Counted from the first letter of the stretch, positions 19,904-32,167 are shown. The stretch: 61,601 nucleotides of DNA from Cyanobacteriota bacterium (GCA_046050865.1 JBJOPG010000004.1:1-61601); one strand, 5' to 3'. Made by a program: numbers and translations. The notes: a model not told the origin generated them from the sequence alone.

Positions 19904-20710
19904 ATGATTAATCTAGGAAAGTATTCGATATTAGGCATCAACGTTAGCGCTGTTGATTATGAATGTGCTGTAGCAAAAATCACCTATGCCGCTAAAAATA
20001 AACAGGCATTCGCGGTCAGTGCCTTGGCGGTGCACGGTGTGATGACAGGCTTTTTGGATAGCATTCATGCCAGGCGCTTAAATGGTCTTGATCTGGTAGT
20101 TCCCGATGGGCAGCCAGTGAGGTGGGCGTTATCGAGTATTTATAAAAAACGGTTGCCTGATCGCGTTTATGGGCCAAACCTAACTCTGAAAGTAGCGGAA
20201 TCTCTGACCAAAGAAGGACTAAGCATTTATTTATACGGTAGCGAAAAAGGAACCTTAGAAAAATTTGCTCGCAATCTAAAACGACTTTATCCTGGATTCA
20301 AAATAGCGGGGATGGAAGAATCTAAGTTTAGAAGACTCTCCCGAGATGAACGTTTAGAGTTAGTCGAAAGAATTAAGGCTTCTGGTGCCAGTGCAGTTTT
20401 TCTCGGATTAGGCTGTCCTAGGCAAGAAACTTGGGCTTACGAATATCGTAACCTCCTCAACATTCCAATTTTGGCAGTGGGGGCAGCTTTTGACTTTCAT
20501 GCGGGAACCTTACCTCAAGCTCCAAAATGGATGCAAGATGTGGGTTTGGAATGGCTCTTCCGGTTAATTCAAGAGCCAAAAAGATTGTGGCAACGTTATG
20601 CGATTCTCAATCCTCTATATGTCTGGCATGTTTTGCAGCAATATTTAGGATTGAAAAAATTTGCTCCAAATATGCCTGATGGAGATGAGAAAATTGAGTC
20701 TTATGGCTAA
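19904..20710 (+). CDS. WecB/TagA/CpsF family glycosyltransferase
   Basis: [46 protein letters not shown]. Confidence 0.92.
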   Translation: MINLGKYSILGINVSAVDYECAVAKITYAAKNKQAFAVSALAVHGVMTGFLDSIHARRLNGLDLVVPDGQPVRWALSSIYKKRLPDRVYGPNLTLKVAESLTKEGLSIYLYGSEKGTLEKFARNLKRLYPGFKIAGMEESKFRRLSRDERLELVERIKASGASAVFLGLGCPRQETWAYEYRNLLNIPILAVGAAFDFHAGTLPQAPKWMQDVGLEWLFRLIQEPKRLWQRYAILNPLYVWHVLQQYLGLKKFAPNMPDGDEKIESYG

Positions 20711-20752
20711 TATGAATTCTGGTGTTAGTTAGCTTTCAACTTTGATAAGTCG

Positions 20753-22048
20753 CTAACGTACCTTATGTTCTCGATAGTTAGCGACAGACTCAACAAGACC
20801 AATGCTGATAAAGCTAGTTAAAAGAGAAGATCTGCCATAGCTCATCCAAGGGAGGGGAATTCCCGTGATTGGAGCTAATCCAATGGTCATGCTAATGTTA
20901 ATGATCACTTGAAAGGCGATGATAGTTAAAGTGCCGATCGCTAGTAAAGAACCAAAATTATCCTTTGCCGTATTAGCAATCCAGAGCAAACGAGCGCAAA
21001 TTAGCCAAAATACTGACAGCAAGACAAGACAGCCAATAAAGCCAAATTGCTCGCCAACGGCAGAAAAGATAAAATCGGTATGCTGTTCAGGGATAAAATC
21101 AAGCTGAGTTTGTGTCCCCTGGTGCCATCCCTTGCCCCAGAATCCTCCTGCACCGATCGCAATCCGTGATTGAATCAGATGATACCCTCCCCCTAAAGGA
21201 TCATGTTCAGGATTGAGAAATAAGGTTAATCGGTCTTTTTGATAGTCTTTTAAGACATTCCAAAAAACGATCCCTAGTTCCACCGCCCCTAAATTAATCA
21301 CTAGAGCGCTGAGAGTAGAGATAATTCGATTTGGTAAAATTAACCAAGAAATTCCCATCACCATTAAAACCCAAACAATCCAGCCAGGCAGATAAAGATT
21401 GTAGAGGATAGCAGAAAATAAGGGAGAAACCAGCAAAATCAGCCAACCGATATTGACATTTGCCCAATAGAGCATAGCAACTACAATCGCCCCAAACACT
21501 AGAGAAGTCCCTAAATCTGGTTGGATAAAAACTAAACCCCAAGGAACAGCGGTAATCGCCAAAGTTCTGAGGATGGTTTTTAAATTTGGACTGTCTTGGT
21601 TATGAAGCAAAGCCGCTAGGGTAATAACCATCGCAATCTTAGCAAACTCGGAGGGCTGAACATTAAAACCAGCGATATTAATCCAGCGTTGAGCACCTTT
21701 TGCCGATACCCCCGCCAAAATCACTGCAATTAGGGAGAAGTTTGTTAGAGCATAAATCAACCAGTGCCAACGGAATAATATTTGATAATGCCAACGGGCA
21801 AGCATCAGGGTAATAATCAATCCCACTACGCTAATTAGCCAATGTTGGTAGCTGTAGCTATGTTTTCCAGCCAACTCGGTACTATAAATTGTGAATCCAC
21901 CAAATACAGTTACCGTAAGCACTGATAATAAAAGTAGCCCATCAAGCGATCGCCAAGGACTGAGGACAAACCCTACCTGTTGCCTGAAGGAAGTAAATTT
22001 AGATTTAGCAATATTTGATTTGCTGGGTTGAAGACGAGATTTAATCAC
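20753..22048 (-). CDS. rodA: Rod shape-determining protein RodA (SEDS)
   Basis: GAQRWI, QPSEFAK, QPDLGT, QSRIAIGAGG, PEQHTDFIF, GIPLPWMSYG. Confidence 0.93.
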   Translation of the reverse strand: MIKSRLQPSKSNIAKSKFTSFRQQVGFVLSPWRSLDGLLLLSVLTVTVFGGFTIYSTELAGKHSYSYQHWLISVVGLIITLMLARWHYQILFRWHWLIYALTNFSLIAVILAGVSAKGAQRWINIAGFNVQPSEFAKIAMVITLAALLHNQDSPNLKTILRTLAITAVPWGLVFIQPDLGTSLVFGAIVVAMLYWANVNIGWLILLVSPLFSAILYNLYLPGWIVWVLMVMGISWLILPNRIISTLSALVINLGAVELGIVFWNVLKDYQKDRLTLFLNPEHDPLGGGYHLIQSRIAIGAGGFWGKGWHQGTQTQLDFIPEQHTDFIFSAVGEQFGFIGCLVLLSVFWLICARLLWIANTAKDNFGSLLAIGTLTIIAFQVIINISMTIGLAPITGIPLPWMSYGRSSLLTSFISIGLVESVANYREHKVR

Positions 22049-22293
22049 TTTATAACTAGATAAAATAGGTGAAAATTTTGATTGCGGTGAACCATAGCAA
22101 TCAAAGTACGCAGCTGATAGCTAAGAATATATAGATAGTTGACCAACATTGATCAAAGATACTGCCGATTCTATCGACTATTTTGATTTTGGCAAGCTAA
22201 ATCAAATCAACTCTGCTGTGCATCGATCAAATTGAACATGATCCGAATTCTTGAGAGGATAGTTAAGGATTAAGAACTCTAAAAAATCACGAA

Positions 22294-22335
22294 GTCAGAG
22301 GAAGCCCCGTCGTTTTAAGGCGGGGTCTCTCTGAC
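22294..22335. mobile_element. Isolated IS200/IS605-type end hairpin remnant
   Basis: GTCAGAG-GAAGCCCCGTCGTTTTAAGGCGGGGT-CTCTCTGAC. The hairpin resembles IS605-family subterminal palindromes and no tnpA/tnpB is nearby. Confidence 0.5.
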
Positions 22336-22382
22336 CAATAATCAAGGCGTATACTGAAAATACTATTTGGGCAAGGTATAAA

Positions 22383-22889
22383 TTGATGGGAAATATTCAA
22401 CCTCAACCACAAGAGTCAAAATCTAGTAAATATTTTAAGTTTGAAGCAGATTTTGTGGGTACTTTACAATGTATTCCGATGTCCGTCAGAATGAAGCTAG
22501 ATAATTGTGGTGTCAAGCTCAAACTATTGCACTGGAATCAATTTAGTCAAACCGAACGAGAAACTCTAGTCGATCTACCCTGTACCACCTCAGAAGAGTG
22601 CCAGACCTATCGAGAATGGCTACAACGCTTAATTATCGAAAAGACTGGTCAACCAGCTAAAGAACTGGAGCTCGATCCCCATCCACTCTGGTTAAACGAA
22701 ACCAGGATTCCCGATCTCGTTCAAACTAAAGCCCAAGAACACAATGCATCCTTGTCTTTAGCCCAGTGGTGTGACCTAAATCCTGCTCAGCGTTTTGCTT
22801 TAATCAAGCTAAGTCGTCCTAGCCATGAAAACAACAACTTTCTTCCTGCCCTTCAAGAGTTTGGCATTTTACCCAACCCTGAAATGTAA
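22383..22889 (+). CDS. narM: Nitrate reductase-associated protein NarM
   Basis: FKFEADFVGTLQCIPMSVRMKLD.CGVKLKL.HW and QRFALIKLSRPSHENNNF.PAL.EF. Confidence 0.85.
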   Translation: MMGNIQPQPQESKSSKYFKFEADFVGTLQCIPMSVRMKLDNCGVKLKLLHWNQFSQTERETLVDLPCTTSEECQTYREWLQRLIIEKTGQPAKELELDPHPLWLNETRIPDLVQTKAQEHNASLSLAQWCDLNPAQRFALIKLSRPSHENNNFLPALQEFGILPNPEM

Positions 22890-23014
22890 TTCTAATGATT
22901 TTGGATTAGATGGGCTGAAATATAGCGATCGCCAAGACAGAGAAAATATGTTTTACTCATTGTCTATATCTTGAATAGCGATCGCGCTTAATTAAATTAA
23001 GTTAGATGATTAAA

Positions 23015-23278
23015 CTACTTTGCCTTTGGCTCTGGATAAACTAGGTTGGCTTTTTGATTTTCATCCCAGTCAATTGAGTGGACAGGTTGTTGGTCAAAAC
23101 TTTCACTGTGAGACACTCGTACATAAGCGATGGGAAAACTGGCAAAAAATAAACCTAAAATACCCACTCCTCCCCAAACATATTTATGTAATTGAGAAGG
23201 CATGCCTTTTGGTTGGCTGTTTAAAAGATGATCGAGCTGGCTTGATGATGATTGCTGAGAGAGTTTTTCTGTTTGCAT
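23015..23278 (-). CDS. Small single-TM hypothetical protein (3rd gene of membrane cluster)
   Basis: 87 aa with one hydrophobic helix YVWGGVGILGLFFASFPIAYV, co-oriented with the two upstream ORFs. Confidence 0.65.
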   Translation of the reverse strand: MQTEKLSQQSSSSQLDHLLNSQPKGMPSQLHKYVWGGVGILGLFFASFPIAYVRVSHSESFDQQPVHSIDWDENQKANLVYPEPKAK

Positions 23279-23353
23279 GATTTGATTCGCAATAAATGAT
23301 TGTGTAATTTGATAGTAAAAAGTGCAATTTACTGGTGCAATTTACTTTGGGCA

Positions 23354-23830
23354 CTAGTGTTTAGGCATTAGGGGCATGTAGGGAAACAAGGGATGCCAAT
23401 TCATCACAGTTGCGGCAACCAAGAAGAAAAATAAGCAAAAGAAGATAGTGCCACCTTTGATTTCCCGATTGCGCCACAGCAAAGCCAGGAAAAACCAACT
23501 AAACAGCCAAGTAACAAGTAAGATAGTTTCTTTGCCAGAATAGCTACCAATTTCTCCGTACAGCTGATCAGCATTACGGCTACCGGGAATCCAGGCACCC
23601 AAATTCCAAATCAGGTCTTCATAGCTCTTAAAGGCAGCAGCAAAGTGCTGGTTAACCATCATGACAAAACAGGCAAAGGGAGCGCTAATTAAGGCAGCAC
23701 CAGCAACACCAGAAGAAGAGGGGGCCGTACTGGAACCTTTAGCTAGTCCTTGGGGAAATCTTTTAAGACTATTTCCTAGTCGAACATACCAAGGTGAAGG
23801 GGTGAAGTAAGATGATCTTGATTTAGTCAT
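23354..23830 (-). CDS. Hypothetical 3-TM membrane protein (GSYSGKET motif)
   Basis: 158 aa with three hydrophobic segments and His at the TM ends (NQHF, WHP). Confidence 0.75.
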   Translation of the reverse strand: MTKSRSSYFTPSPWYVRLGNSLKRFPQGLAKGSSTAPSSSGVAGAALISAPFACFVMMVNQHFAAAFKSYEDLIWNLGAWIPGSRNADQLYGEIGSYSGKETILLVTWLFSWFFLALLWRNREIKGGTIFFCLFFFLVAATVMNWHPLFPYMPLMPKH

Positions 23831-23925
23831 AAGCTAGATATTTTTTGAGTAGACAACGATTAATATTTACCAAGAGATACTTCACAACAAGATGAGATGT
23901 TTACGGAGAAGCATTTACCGAGAAA

Positions 23926-24558
23926 TTACAACGAGTGAATTCTCGCAACATTTAAACCACTAACCAAGCCGCCGATCGCGAAAAACATCATCGCCATCAA
24001 AGCAAAACAAGTGGCCGTGAGTATCGGACGATTTTTTTTATCGAGAATCGAATCTCCATAACGCCATAAGCTCCAAGTACAGGCAATACCTAAGGGCAAG
24101 GTGAACAGCACTGTAAATTCGTGGTACTCCATAAACAGATAGTGAACTAAAGGCGTATTTTCGACTATCCACGACCTAGGACCGTTAATCGGGGCGCGAT
24201 AGCGCATATAAACCCAGTTGCCCGAAATAATCGCCAAAAAAGATAAGCAACTCGACCAGAAGGTAAGAGTACGCATTTGAGGTAGAATTTCTGCTTTACC
24301 TCTGAGCAAGGGAAAAGCCAAATGCCCTGCATAAGCAATGACGACTACAGCAAACAAAGATGCACAGCCATGGATCGCCCCCATATAACGCTGCCAGGGA
24401 CTAGGACTAAGCACGTTTACCAAGGGCAAAAAAAGAAACAGTCCAGCAGACATGAGGCTCAGACCATAGATACAAACCGTGGCAATATCCTTTTGCTGAA
24501 TCGGTTTGTCCCTAGTCAACTGCTCATCAGGCTTGAGTGACAATGTATTTCTGTTCAT
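23926..24558 (-). CDS. Hypothetical ~5-TM His-rich membrane protein
   Basis: 210 aa. AIHG, AGHL, YMRYRAP and LVHYLFMEYHEF lie within or next to TM helices. Confidence 0.8.
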   Translation of the reverse strand: MNRNTLSLKPDEQLTRDKPIQQKDIATVCIYGLSLMSAGLFLFLPLVNVLSPSPWQRYMGAIHGCASLFAVVVIAYAGHLAFPLLRGKAEILPQMRTLTFWSSCLSFLAIISGNWVYMRYRAPINGPRSWIVENTPLVHYLFMEYHEFTVLFTLPLGIACTWSLWRYGDSILDKKNRPILTATCFALMAMMFFAIGGLVSGLNVARIHSL

Positions 24559-25161
24559 AAGACTAGATATTCGAGATATTCTTGACTACTACAAATTGAC
24601 GCCAAACCAAATTACTGGTCTAGAAAGTATTCAACCTCGACCACCACCAAAAAACTTAAGCACGCAAAATCAAGCAACTTGAAACTGTCCTGAATGACCG
24701 TCGTTGATCTTTGAAGCAAAAATTGCAGATATCTATCAAAGGATTAATTACATTTCTAGACTTCTTGGTTATTTGCTTGGCTAGTTGTCATCCTACAGAG
24801 AAATGTGTCCAAAGAAAAGCACTCTAGATTGAAATATTTTCGCTTGAATTCTTTTTTACTTCAAAAAGTAATATTGCTTGAATCTGGTGACCATGAGGAG
24901 TTCAAGAAAATCAATTTATTTGAGCGCACAACAATAACGTTGCTTTTATTGAACTAAATTAACTCTAATTAAAGTTGGCGTTACAAAACATCATAGTCGC
25001 TTAAAAAAAACAAGCTACCATGAAACGTCGTGTTTTTAGCTGAAGGGCAGCAAAAACTATAGCAAAAACTATATTTTCTAGATGATTCGTTAAATGATAA
25101 TCTTGAAGGTGGCAAAATTTTACACTTAATTAAGATTTGACCCGCCATATAAAACAGCTAA

Positions 25162-26634
<1,473 letters not shown>

Positions 26635-26646
26635 ATTAAGCTTTTT

Positions 26647-26781
26647 GACGTTGTTGATTTGAAGCATGAAACCGATGAGCAAACTGTTCGTAGCTATTAG
26701 CTTCTAGCTATTGGCTATTAGCTTTTTAAGAATGTAGTCAAAATAATAACTTGACTTTTCATGTCCCGATTCAGCAACGCC
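26647..26781. mobile_element. MITE between atpD and atpC
   Basis: Imperfect TIRs GACGTTGTTGATT..CATGAA / TTCATG..ATTCAGCAACGCC enclosing TAGCTAT-type heptamer repeats. Confidence 0.65.
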
Positions 26782-26989
26782 AGCTTTTTTATTTGATTTT
26801 AGTAAGCAGTTACTCATTACCAGTGGTCGTAGTAGTTAGAGAAAAGTCTTCTAGCTGGCAATCTTGCCCTTGGACTTTTCCAAATTATTTTCACTCCTCT
26901 TATTGATAGCTGCTTACTGGGCTTTGCTAAGTTAAAAATCAGCAAGGATTTAATAAATAAATAGTAGTTAAAGAATACTAGTTAAAGAA

Positions 26990-27400
26990 ATGGCATTAAG
27001 CGTAAAAGTAATTACTCCAGACAAAACTGTTTGGGACGATCAGGTAGAAGAAATAATTCTGCCTAGCACCACTGGACAACTAGGAATTCTAACCGGTCAT
27101 GCTCCTCTCTTGACGGCTCTGGAGATCGGCGTGTTGCGGGTGCGTCCTGATAAAGAGTGGAAAGCGATCGCTCTGATGGGTGGTTTCGCCGAAGTAGAAA
27201 ATAATGAGATTAAAATTCTCGTTAATGGCGCAGAATTGGGGGATAATATCGACCTCGACACTGCTCGCAGTGATTACCAAGCAGCCCAGTCAAGACTTGA
27301 TCAGGTTGGCAACAGCGATGACCGCCAAGAGAAAATTCAAGCGGAAAGCTCTATGAAGAAAGCTAGAGCGCGGTTCCAAGCTTCTGGTGGCACAGTATAG
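26990..27400 (+). CDS. atpC: F1F0 ATP synthase epsilon subunit (cyanobacterial atpE)
   Basis: [28 protein letters not shown]. Confidence 0.98.
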   Translation: MALSVKVITPDKTVWDDQVEEIILPSTTGQLGILTGHAPLLTALEIGVLRVRPDKEWKAIALMGGFAEVENNEIKILVNGAELGDNIDLDTARSDYQAAQSRLDQVGNSDDRQEKIQAESSMKKARARFQASGGTV

Positions 27401-27432
27401 CAACTAGCTTAGAAAAACCAATTAAATACTAA

Positions 27433-27464
27433 AAAGGGCAGAGTTACACTTAACTTTGCCCTTT
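27433..27464 (+). terminator. Intrinsic terminator after atpC (likely bidirectional)
   Basis: AAAGGGCAGAGTTA-loop-TAACTTTGCCCTTT hairpin. Confidence 0.75.
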
Positions 27465-27487
27465 CCCTTTAAACCTTTCCCTTTCTT

Positions 27488-27534
27488 GATTCAGTCGCTT
27501 TAACGGGGGGAACTCCCGCAACGCGCTGAACCGC
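27488..27534. repeat. ~47-nt structured small dispersed repeat nested in the intergenic repeat at 27461-27574
   Basis: GATTCAG...GGGGGGAACTCCC...CTGAACCGC nested hairpin interrupting a CTTTCCC run. Confidence 0.6.
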
Positions 27535-27582
27535 TTTCCCAGCCTAAGCAAATTAATTTGTTTCTTAGGGGAAGTTAATCAA

Positions 27583-27891
27583 TTAATTTGTTCCAGTAAA
27601 TACAATATTGGGGAATTTAGTCTGTGCTTGAGTCATGGGAGTAACCTTACCTCTCTCTGTCCAGAAATTAATTACTTCCGTCGCCTGATTGAGAATATCA
27701 ATGCTTTCTGCTTCTTCAATCCAATGTTTTGCTTCTAGTTCATCTTTTAGCTGTTGCCAAGCATCATTACGGGGCCAAAAGTAATAAGCTGTTAGAGGGC
27801 TAGTGCCTTTACCTACTACTTGATCTACGGCGATCGCTACGTTTTTATCTAACCACAGAACTTTTAATTTAAATCTTGCCTCTGACTCCAA
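27583..27891 (-). CDS. ycf65: 30S ribosomal protein PSRP-3 / Ycf65
   Basis: [39 protein letters not shown]. Confidence 0.93.
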   Translation of the reverse strand: MESEARFKLKVLWLDKNVAIAVDQVVGKGTSPLTAYYFWPRNDAWQQLKDELEAKHWIEEAESIDILNQATEVINFWTERGKVTPMTQAQTKFPNIVFTGTN

Positions 27892-27959
27892 TTAAGCCTC
27901 CGATAAATTTATTTTAAGGAATATTTTGCATAGTAAACCAACAATAATTATACAAGAAT

Positions 27960-28766
27960 TTGACCATGAACCAAGATCAACCTACAGCGCAATCTAAAGC
28001 AATCGTTATTTTCGATATTGATGGGGTAATTAGGGATGTGGGCAACTCCTATCGTAAGGCGATCGCCGATACCGTCGAAGAATTTACTGATGGCGGTTGG
28101 CGACCCACAATGGAAGATCTAGACAACCTCAAATCAGAAGGAATTTGGAATAATGACTGGGAAGCTTCTCAAGAATTGACCTATCGCTATTTTGAAGCCA
28201 TAGACAAAACTCGCGAGGAAGTAAACCTAGATTATGACCAGATTGTCCAATACTTTCAAGAGCGTTATCGAGGTAAGCATCCTGAGCTTTTTGATGGTTA
28301 TATTGCCAATGAACCATTGTTAGTAACTCCTGATTATTTTACGCAGCTAAATAACCAGCAAATTGGTTATGGTTTTTTTAGTGGTGCGACCAGGGGATCA
28401 GCAGAATTTGTTCTTAAACACCGCTTAAAGCTAGAAAAGCCTGTGTTAGTAGCGATGGAAGATGCTCCTAGTAAACCCGATCCCACAGGAATGTTTCAGG
28501 CGATCGCCCAGCTTGCCACCATTACCGACAATATTCCCACATTTTATGTGGGAGATACCGTGGCGGATATACATACAGTGATCAAAGCCAGAGAAATTAA
28601 GCCAGAAGGCAATTGGATTGCGATCGGCATCCTGCCCCCTCATGTGCAAACTTCTCAGACAAGACAGGAAGACTATGCACAAAAGCTTTTGGAATCTGGA
28701 GCTGAGATTGTTTTAAGCAATGTTCAAAAACTCAATGCTCAGCTAATCAATGAATTATTGATCTAA
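27960..28766 (+). CDS. TIGR01548-type HAD hydrolase
   Basis: FDIDGVIRDV..SYR.AI, GIWNNDW, KPDPTG, YVGDTVAD. Confidence 0.88.
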   Translation: MTMNQDQPTAQSKAIVIFDIDGVIRDVGNSYRKAIADTVEEFTDGGWRPTMEDLDNLKSEGIWNNDWEASQELTYRYFEAIDKTREEVNLDYDQIVQYFQERYRGKHPELFDGYIANEPLLVTPDYFTQLNNQQIGYGFFSGATRGSAEFVLKHRLKLEKPVLVAMEDAPSKPDPTGMFQAIAQLATITDNIPTFYVGDTVADIHTVIKAREIKPEGNWIAIGILPPHVQTSQTRQEDYAQKLLESGAEIVLSNVQKLNAQLINELLI

Positions 28767-28810
28767 TTAATTAATGTGGATTAAAATTGATTAATTAGAA
28801 ATAAACTTAA

Positions 28811-29566
28811 TTAACCTAGTTTTTTCTTTCTTAATGATTGAAAAGTCAAAGCAAAATTTAGTTCTGATGTTTGAGCTTGTAGATAATTTAAGAGAGCGTT
28901 AATAAAGATCACTACTCCAGACATTTCTAATAGTTCCTCAATAGTTGAAGCAAGTCCAAAAATCGTAGTATATCCATATTTATCGGCAATGTAGCCCCCA
29001 ATCAATTCCATGCCCAAAGCACCAAGAACATAAACAGTTCCGGCTAAGATAAACTGAGTTTTAGTTTTATTTGGTAAAGCCAAAATAAATTTTCTAAACA
29101 CGATTAAAAAGATAATTAACAAGAAAAAAGCAGGGATCACCCAAGGAAAATATAATAACCCTTTCGTATTCATTGCTTCTCTTAAAACAGGAATAAGTAT
29201 TTCATGAATACTGCACGATTCATCTATGGCTAAAAACAAAAAAATACCAGCTAATCCTTGCCAAGATTGAGCATCTTTAGCTTTGACTTTTTTTCTTACC
29301 ATAGCAATTAACCATAGCAAGTAACTACAAAAGCCTAGCGCCATAAACGAATAGAGGGTAGGGAGGTTTGCCTCTTCATCAAAATTAAAATACACCGAAA
29401 TAAATTGACCACTATTGTGAGTATTTAGCCAGTAGACGATAACTCTTTCTACAAGATTCATAAAAATGAGCAGTGCAATGATCGAAAGCAAAAATTTAGT
29501 TACTTTACGTGGCGATAAATCATATGTAGTAAGCCACAATGCTTCTGAAGATTGGCTATTGTTCAT
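28811..29566 (-). CDS. Multi-TM membrane protein of unknown function
   Basis: FNFDEEANLPT, FLAIDE..IHE, IEELLEMSG motifs with ~7 TM helices. Confidence 0.8.
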   Translation of the reverse strand: MNNSQSSEALWLTTYDLSPRKVTKFLLSIIALLIFMNLVERVIVYWLNTHNSGQFISVYFNFDEEANLPTLYSFMALGFCSYLLWLIAMVRKKVKAKDAQSWQGLAGIFLFLAIDESCSIHEILIPVLREAMNTKGLLYFPWVIPAFFLLIIFLIVFRKFILALPNKTKTQFILAGTVYVLGALGMELIGGYIADKYGYTTIFGLASTIEELLEMSGVVIFINALLNYLQAQTSELNFALTFQSLRKKKLG

Positions 29567-30024
29567 GGGTGCTCATTTAAGTTTACTAATAATTAAGATG
29601 ATGCTAATATACCCTTAACTTATGAACATGATAGTCAGTGATTCACAAATTTATAAATTTAGTTTTATGGCTCAATTTAAATTTTTATTTATGGCAATCT
29701 TGATTAAGTAATTTTCCTCGGATTAATTTATGAGAATTATTCTTATTAAGTAAACGAGCAAGTTAACTCAAGGTGATAGACCAATAGCTTAATACCTTTA
29801 CTAAAGTCAACTTTCGCGTTTGCTATAAAATTTTCTGAAGTATAATTGTCTAAGAGATTAGACTTCTAGAATCTATTTTTGTCAATAGTTTCGATAATTG
29901 CTTGATCGGTAATATTTGTTTGAATATCTACTCGGAGCTTTTTACTATAATTGGTACTGTTTCATCCAAAATATCTGTCTAAATCCAATGTAACTAAGCA
30001 TTTTACCTTCAAGCTTATATAAAT

Positions 30025-31092
30025 TTGCAGATGAAAATTTTTACTTTTAATGCCACTGAAGATACTCGTGTCGAAATGTTATGGTCATTAAGATCGAGAA
30101 ACAGAGACAATATCTTTGGTAAGTTTATAGCTGACAACCACTATACAGAGGCTAGTTGTATTCAGGATTGTGACATAGCGATCCATCCGAACAAAGTCTT
30201 TACTCCAGAAACTCTGGCTTTTGATAGTTCAGTTTATCAATCAGCCATGGAGGCGGAAAAATACGGCAAACCTCTGATCATCGATGCCACTAGCGACTCT
30301 GATGTCTTTTTGGACATACCTACCGCCAACATTTTGCGCTGCGGTTTATATAAAAGTTTAAAGAAACCATTTGAAACAGAGTCTCCTTATTGGAGCAATG
30401 ATCGAACTAAACAAGGTTTAGATGCTCTGAGTGTCGGTTTTAAAGGCAAAAAGCCAGTGGTAGGCTTCTGTGGCACCACATCTTCCATGGGTAAACTGGC
30501 GAATTTAAGTAAACATATTCTGCCCCATGCTGCGACCAAATTAGTATTGTCCCAAGGAAAACTTTCTCGTTGGGTCGACCCCAGAATTACCGAAGGCATG
30601 AGTCTTCAGCTTCGAGAAACGGCAATGAATCTCGTAGCTAAGGACAAGAGACTTGAGATTTCTTTTGATGTGACTAATAATCATCAAAGTTATTATGTCA
30701 AAAATGAATCCAATAAAATTACTTTAGAAAATCTATTTATTAACAACACGGCTAAATGTGATTATGTGTTGTGCGTTAGAGGTAGCGGAAATTTTTCAGG
30801 ACGTTTCTACATGGCGCTCAATGCGGGAAGGATTCCAGTGGTCATAGATACGGACATAGTGATTCCTGAGGAAAAGCATTTACATCTGATCAAAATTCCC
30901 GTCAACTCGGTCAAAAATATTGGAGAGCTGATTCTAGAGCATTTTGAAGCAACAACAGAGCAAGAGCTGAGAGACATGAAGTTAAACAATCGTTCGGCTT
31001 ATCATCAATATTTATCCCCCGAGAAATTCTTGCCTAAGTACATTGAAAGCTCTACCAACGTCCCTCATAAAATCCCCTTGAAGGTAGCTTAA
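30025..31092 (+). CDS. Exostosin-like (GT47) glycosyltransferase
   Basis: PVVGFCG and YVLCVRGSGNFSGRFY.AL..GRIPVVIDTD. Confidence 0.75.
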   Translation: MQMKIFTFNATEDTRVEMLWSLRSRNRDNIFGKFIADNHYTEASCIQDCDIAIHPNKVFTPETLAFDSSVYQSAMEAEKYGKPLIIDATSDSDVFLDIPTANILRCGLYKSLKKPFETESPYWSNDRTKQGLDALSVGFKGKKPVVGFCGTTSSMGKLANLSKHILPHAATKLVLSQGKLSRWVDPRITEGMSLQLRETAMNLVAKDKRLEISFDVTNNHQSYYVKNESNKITLENLFINNTAKCDYVLCVRGSGNFSGRFYMALNAGRIPVVIDTDIVIPEEKHLHLIKIPVNSVKNIGELILEHFEATTEQELRDMKLNNRSAYHQYLSPEKFLPKYIESSTNVPHKIPLKVA

Positions 31093-31144
31093 CCTCAGTT
31101 TGGGTTAAGAATAGAAGGATAGTTAGTTGGCTCTGAGTTAGGGA

Positions 31145-32167
31145 TCAACTTTTCTTAGCGACTATTTGATTTTCCGCTTGATCAAGTTCACTTTTTTCAG
31201 ACTCATATTCTCTGCGTCGTAAACGCAGTTGTATATCTTCTAGGAGCTGACGATTAACCCCCATTAAGTCGGCGATTAATCCAAATATCCAAAGCTGAAC
31301 GCCAATTAAAATCAACATCGCAGCTAAAATCAAACTTGGGACGCGGGGTTTTGCCGGATCATCGCCGATAATTCCCCAGAATAAAAATAGCCAGCGACAG
31401 CAGAGTAAAAAGCCCAGACTAACAGGAACACTCCCCAACATCATGAAAAACTTTAGGGGACGGTAGGTCATAAAGATCCGCACAATGGTCAAAATGGAGT
31501 GCTGAACGTAATTAGCAATATTTTTAACCAACCGAGAAGGACGCAGAAAGCGATTGGTACGAATAGGGACAGAAGTAATCACCAAACCCTTTTGACCAGC
31601 TTGAATAATGGTTTCTAGAGTGTAGGTATATTCATTAAATACATTCAGCCTCAGGGCGGCTTCTCGACTGATGGCACGAAAACCGCTGGGGGCATCAGGA
31701 ATCTGGGTCTGACTAGCCAGACGTACGACAAAACTACCTAAATTTTGCAGCAATTTTTTGATGGGAGAAAAATGCTTGATTTCCTGAATCGGTCTGGCAC
31801 CAATCACAATCTCGGCATTCCCTGCTAAAATTGGCGCAATTAGCTGGGGAATATCTGCTGCACAATATTGATTATCAGCATCGGTATTGACAATAATATC
31901 GGCTCCCGCCTTTAAGCAAGCTTCAATGCCCGCCATAAAGCCTTTAGCGAGTCCTTGGTTAGAGTGTAGGTTAACAATATGATCCACACCACAAGCTTGA
32001 GCCACTTCCACAGTGCGATCGCGACTACCATCATTGATAATTAGCCATTCTACTTGATCGATGCCAGATAACTGCCGAGGAAGTTCCGATAAGGTTAGCC
32101 CTAAAGTTGCTTCCTCGTTATAACAGGGAATTTGAATAATCAGTTTCATCTTGTTCTTAATGATCAA
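31145..32167 (-). CDS. GT2 polyprenol-phosphate glycosyltransferase-like protein
   Basis: QIPCYNEE, INDGSRD, NTDADNQY, DAPSGFRA and two C-terminal TMs. Confidence 0.9.
   Translation of the reverse strand: MIIKNKMKLIIQIPCYNEEATLGLTLSELPRQLSGIDQVEWLIINDGSRDRTVEVAQACGVDHIVNLHSNQGLAKGFMAGIEACLKAGADIIVNTDADNQYCAADIPQLIAPILAGNAEIVIGARPIQEIKHFSPIKKLLQNLGSFVVRLASQTQIPDAPSGFRAISREAALRLNVFNEYTYTLETIIQAGQKGLVITSVPIRTNRFLRPSRLVKNIANYVQHSILTIVRIFMTYRPLKFFMMLGSVPVSLGFLLCCRWLFLFWGIIGDDPAKPRVPSLILAAMLILIGVQLWIFGLIADLMGVNRQLLEDIQLRLRRREYESEKSELDQAENQIVAKKS

Noticed and set aside
23020-23280. 86-aa plus-strand ORF overlapping 23015-23278
   Set aside because: It is an antisense shadow with a TTG start. The minus ORF has an ATG start and a TM helix and is co-oriented with its cluster.
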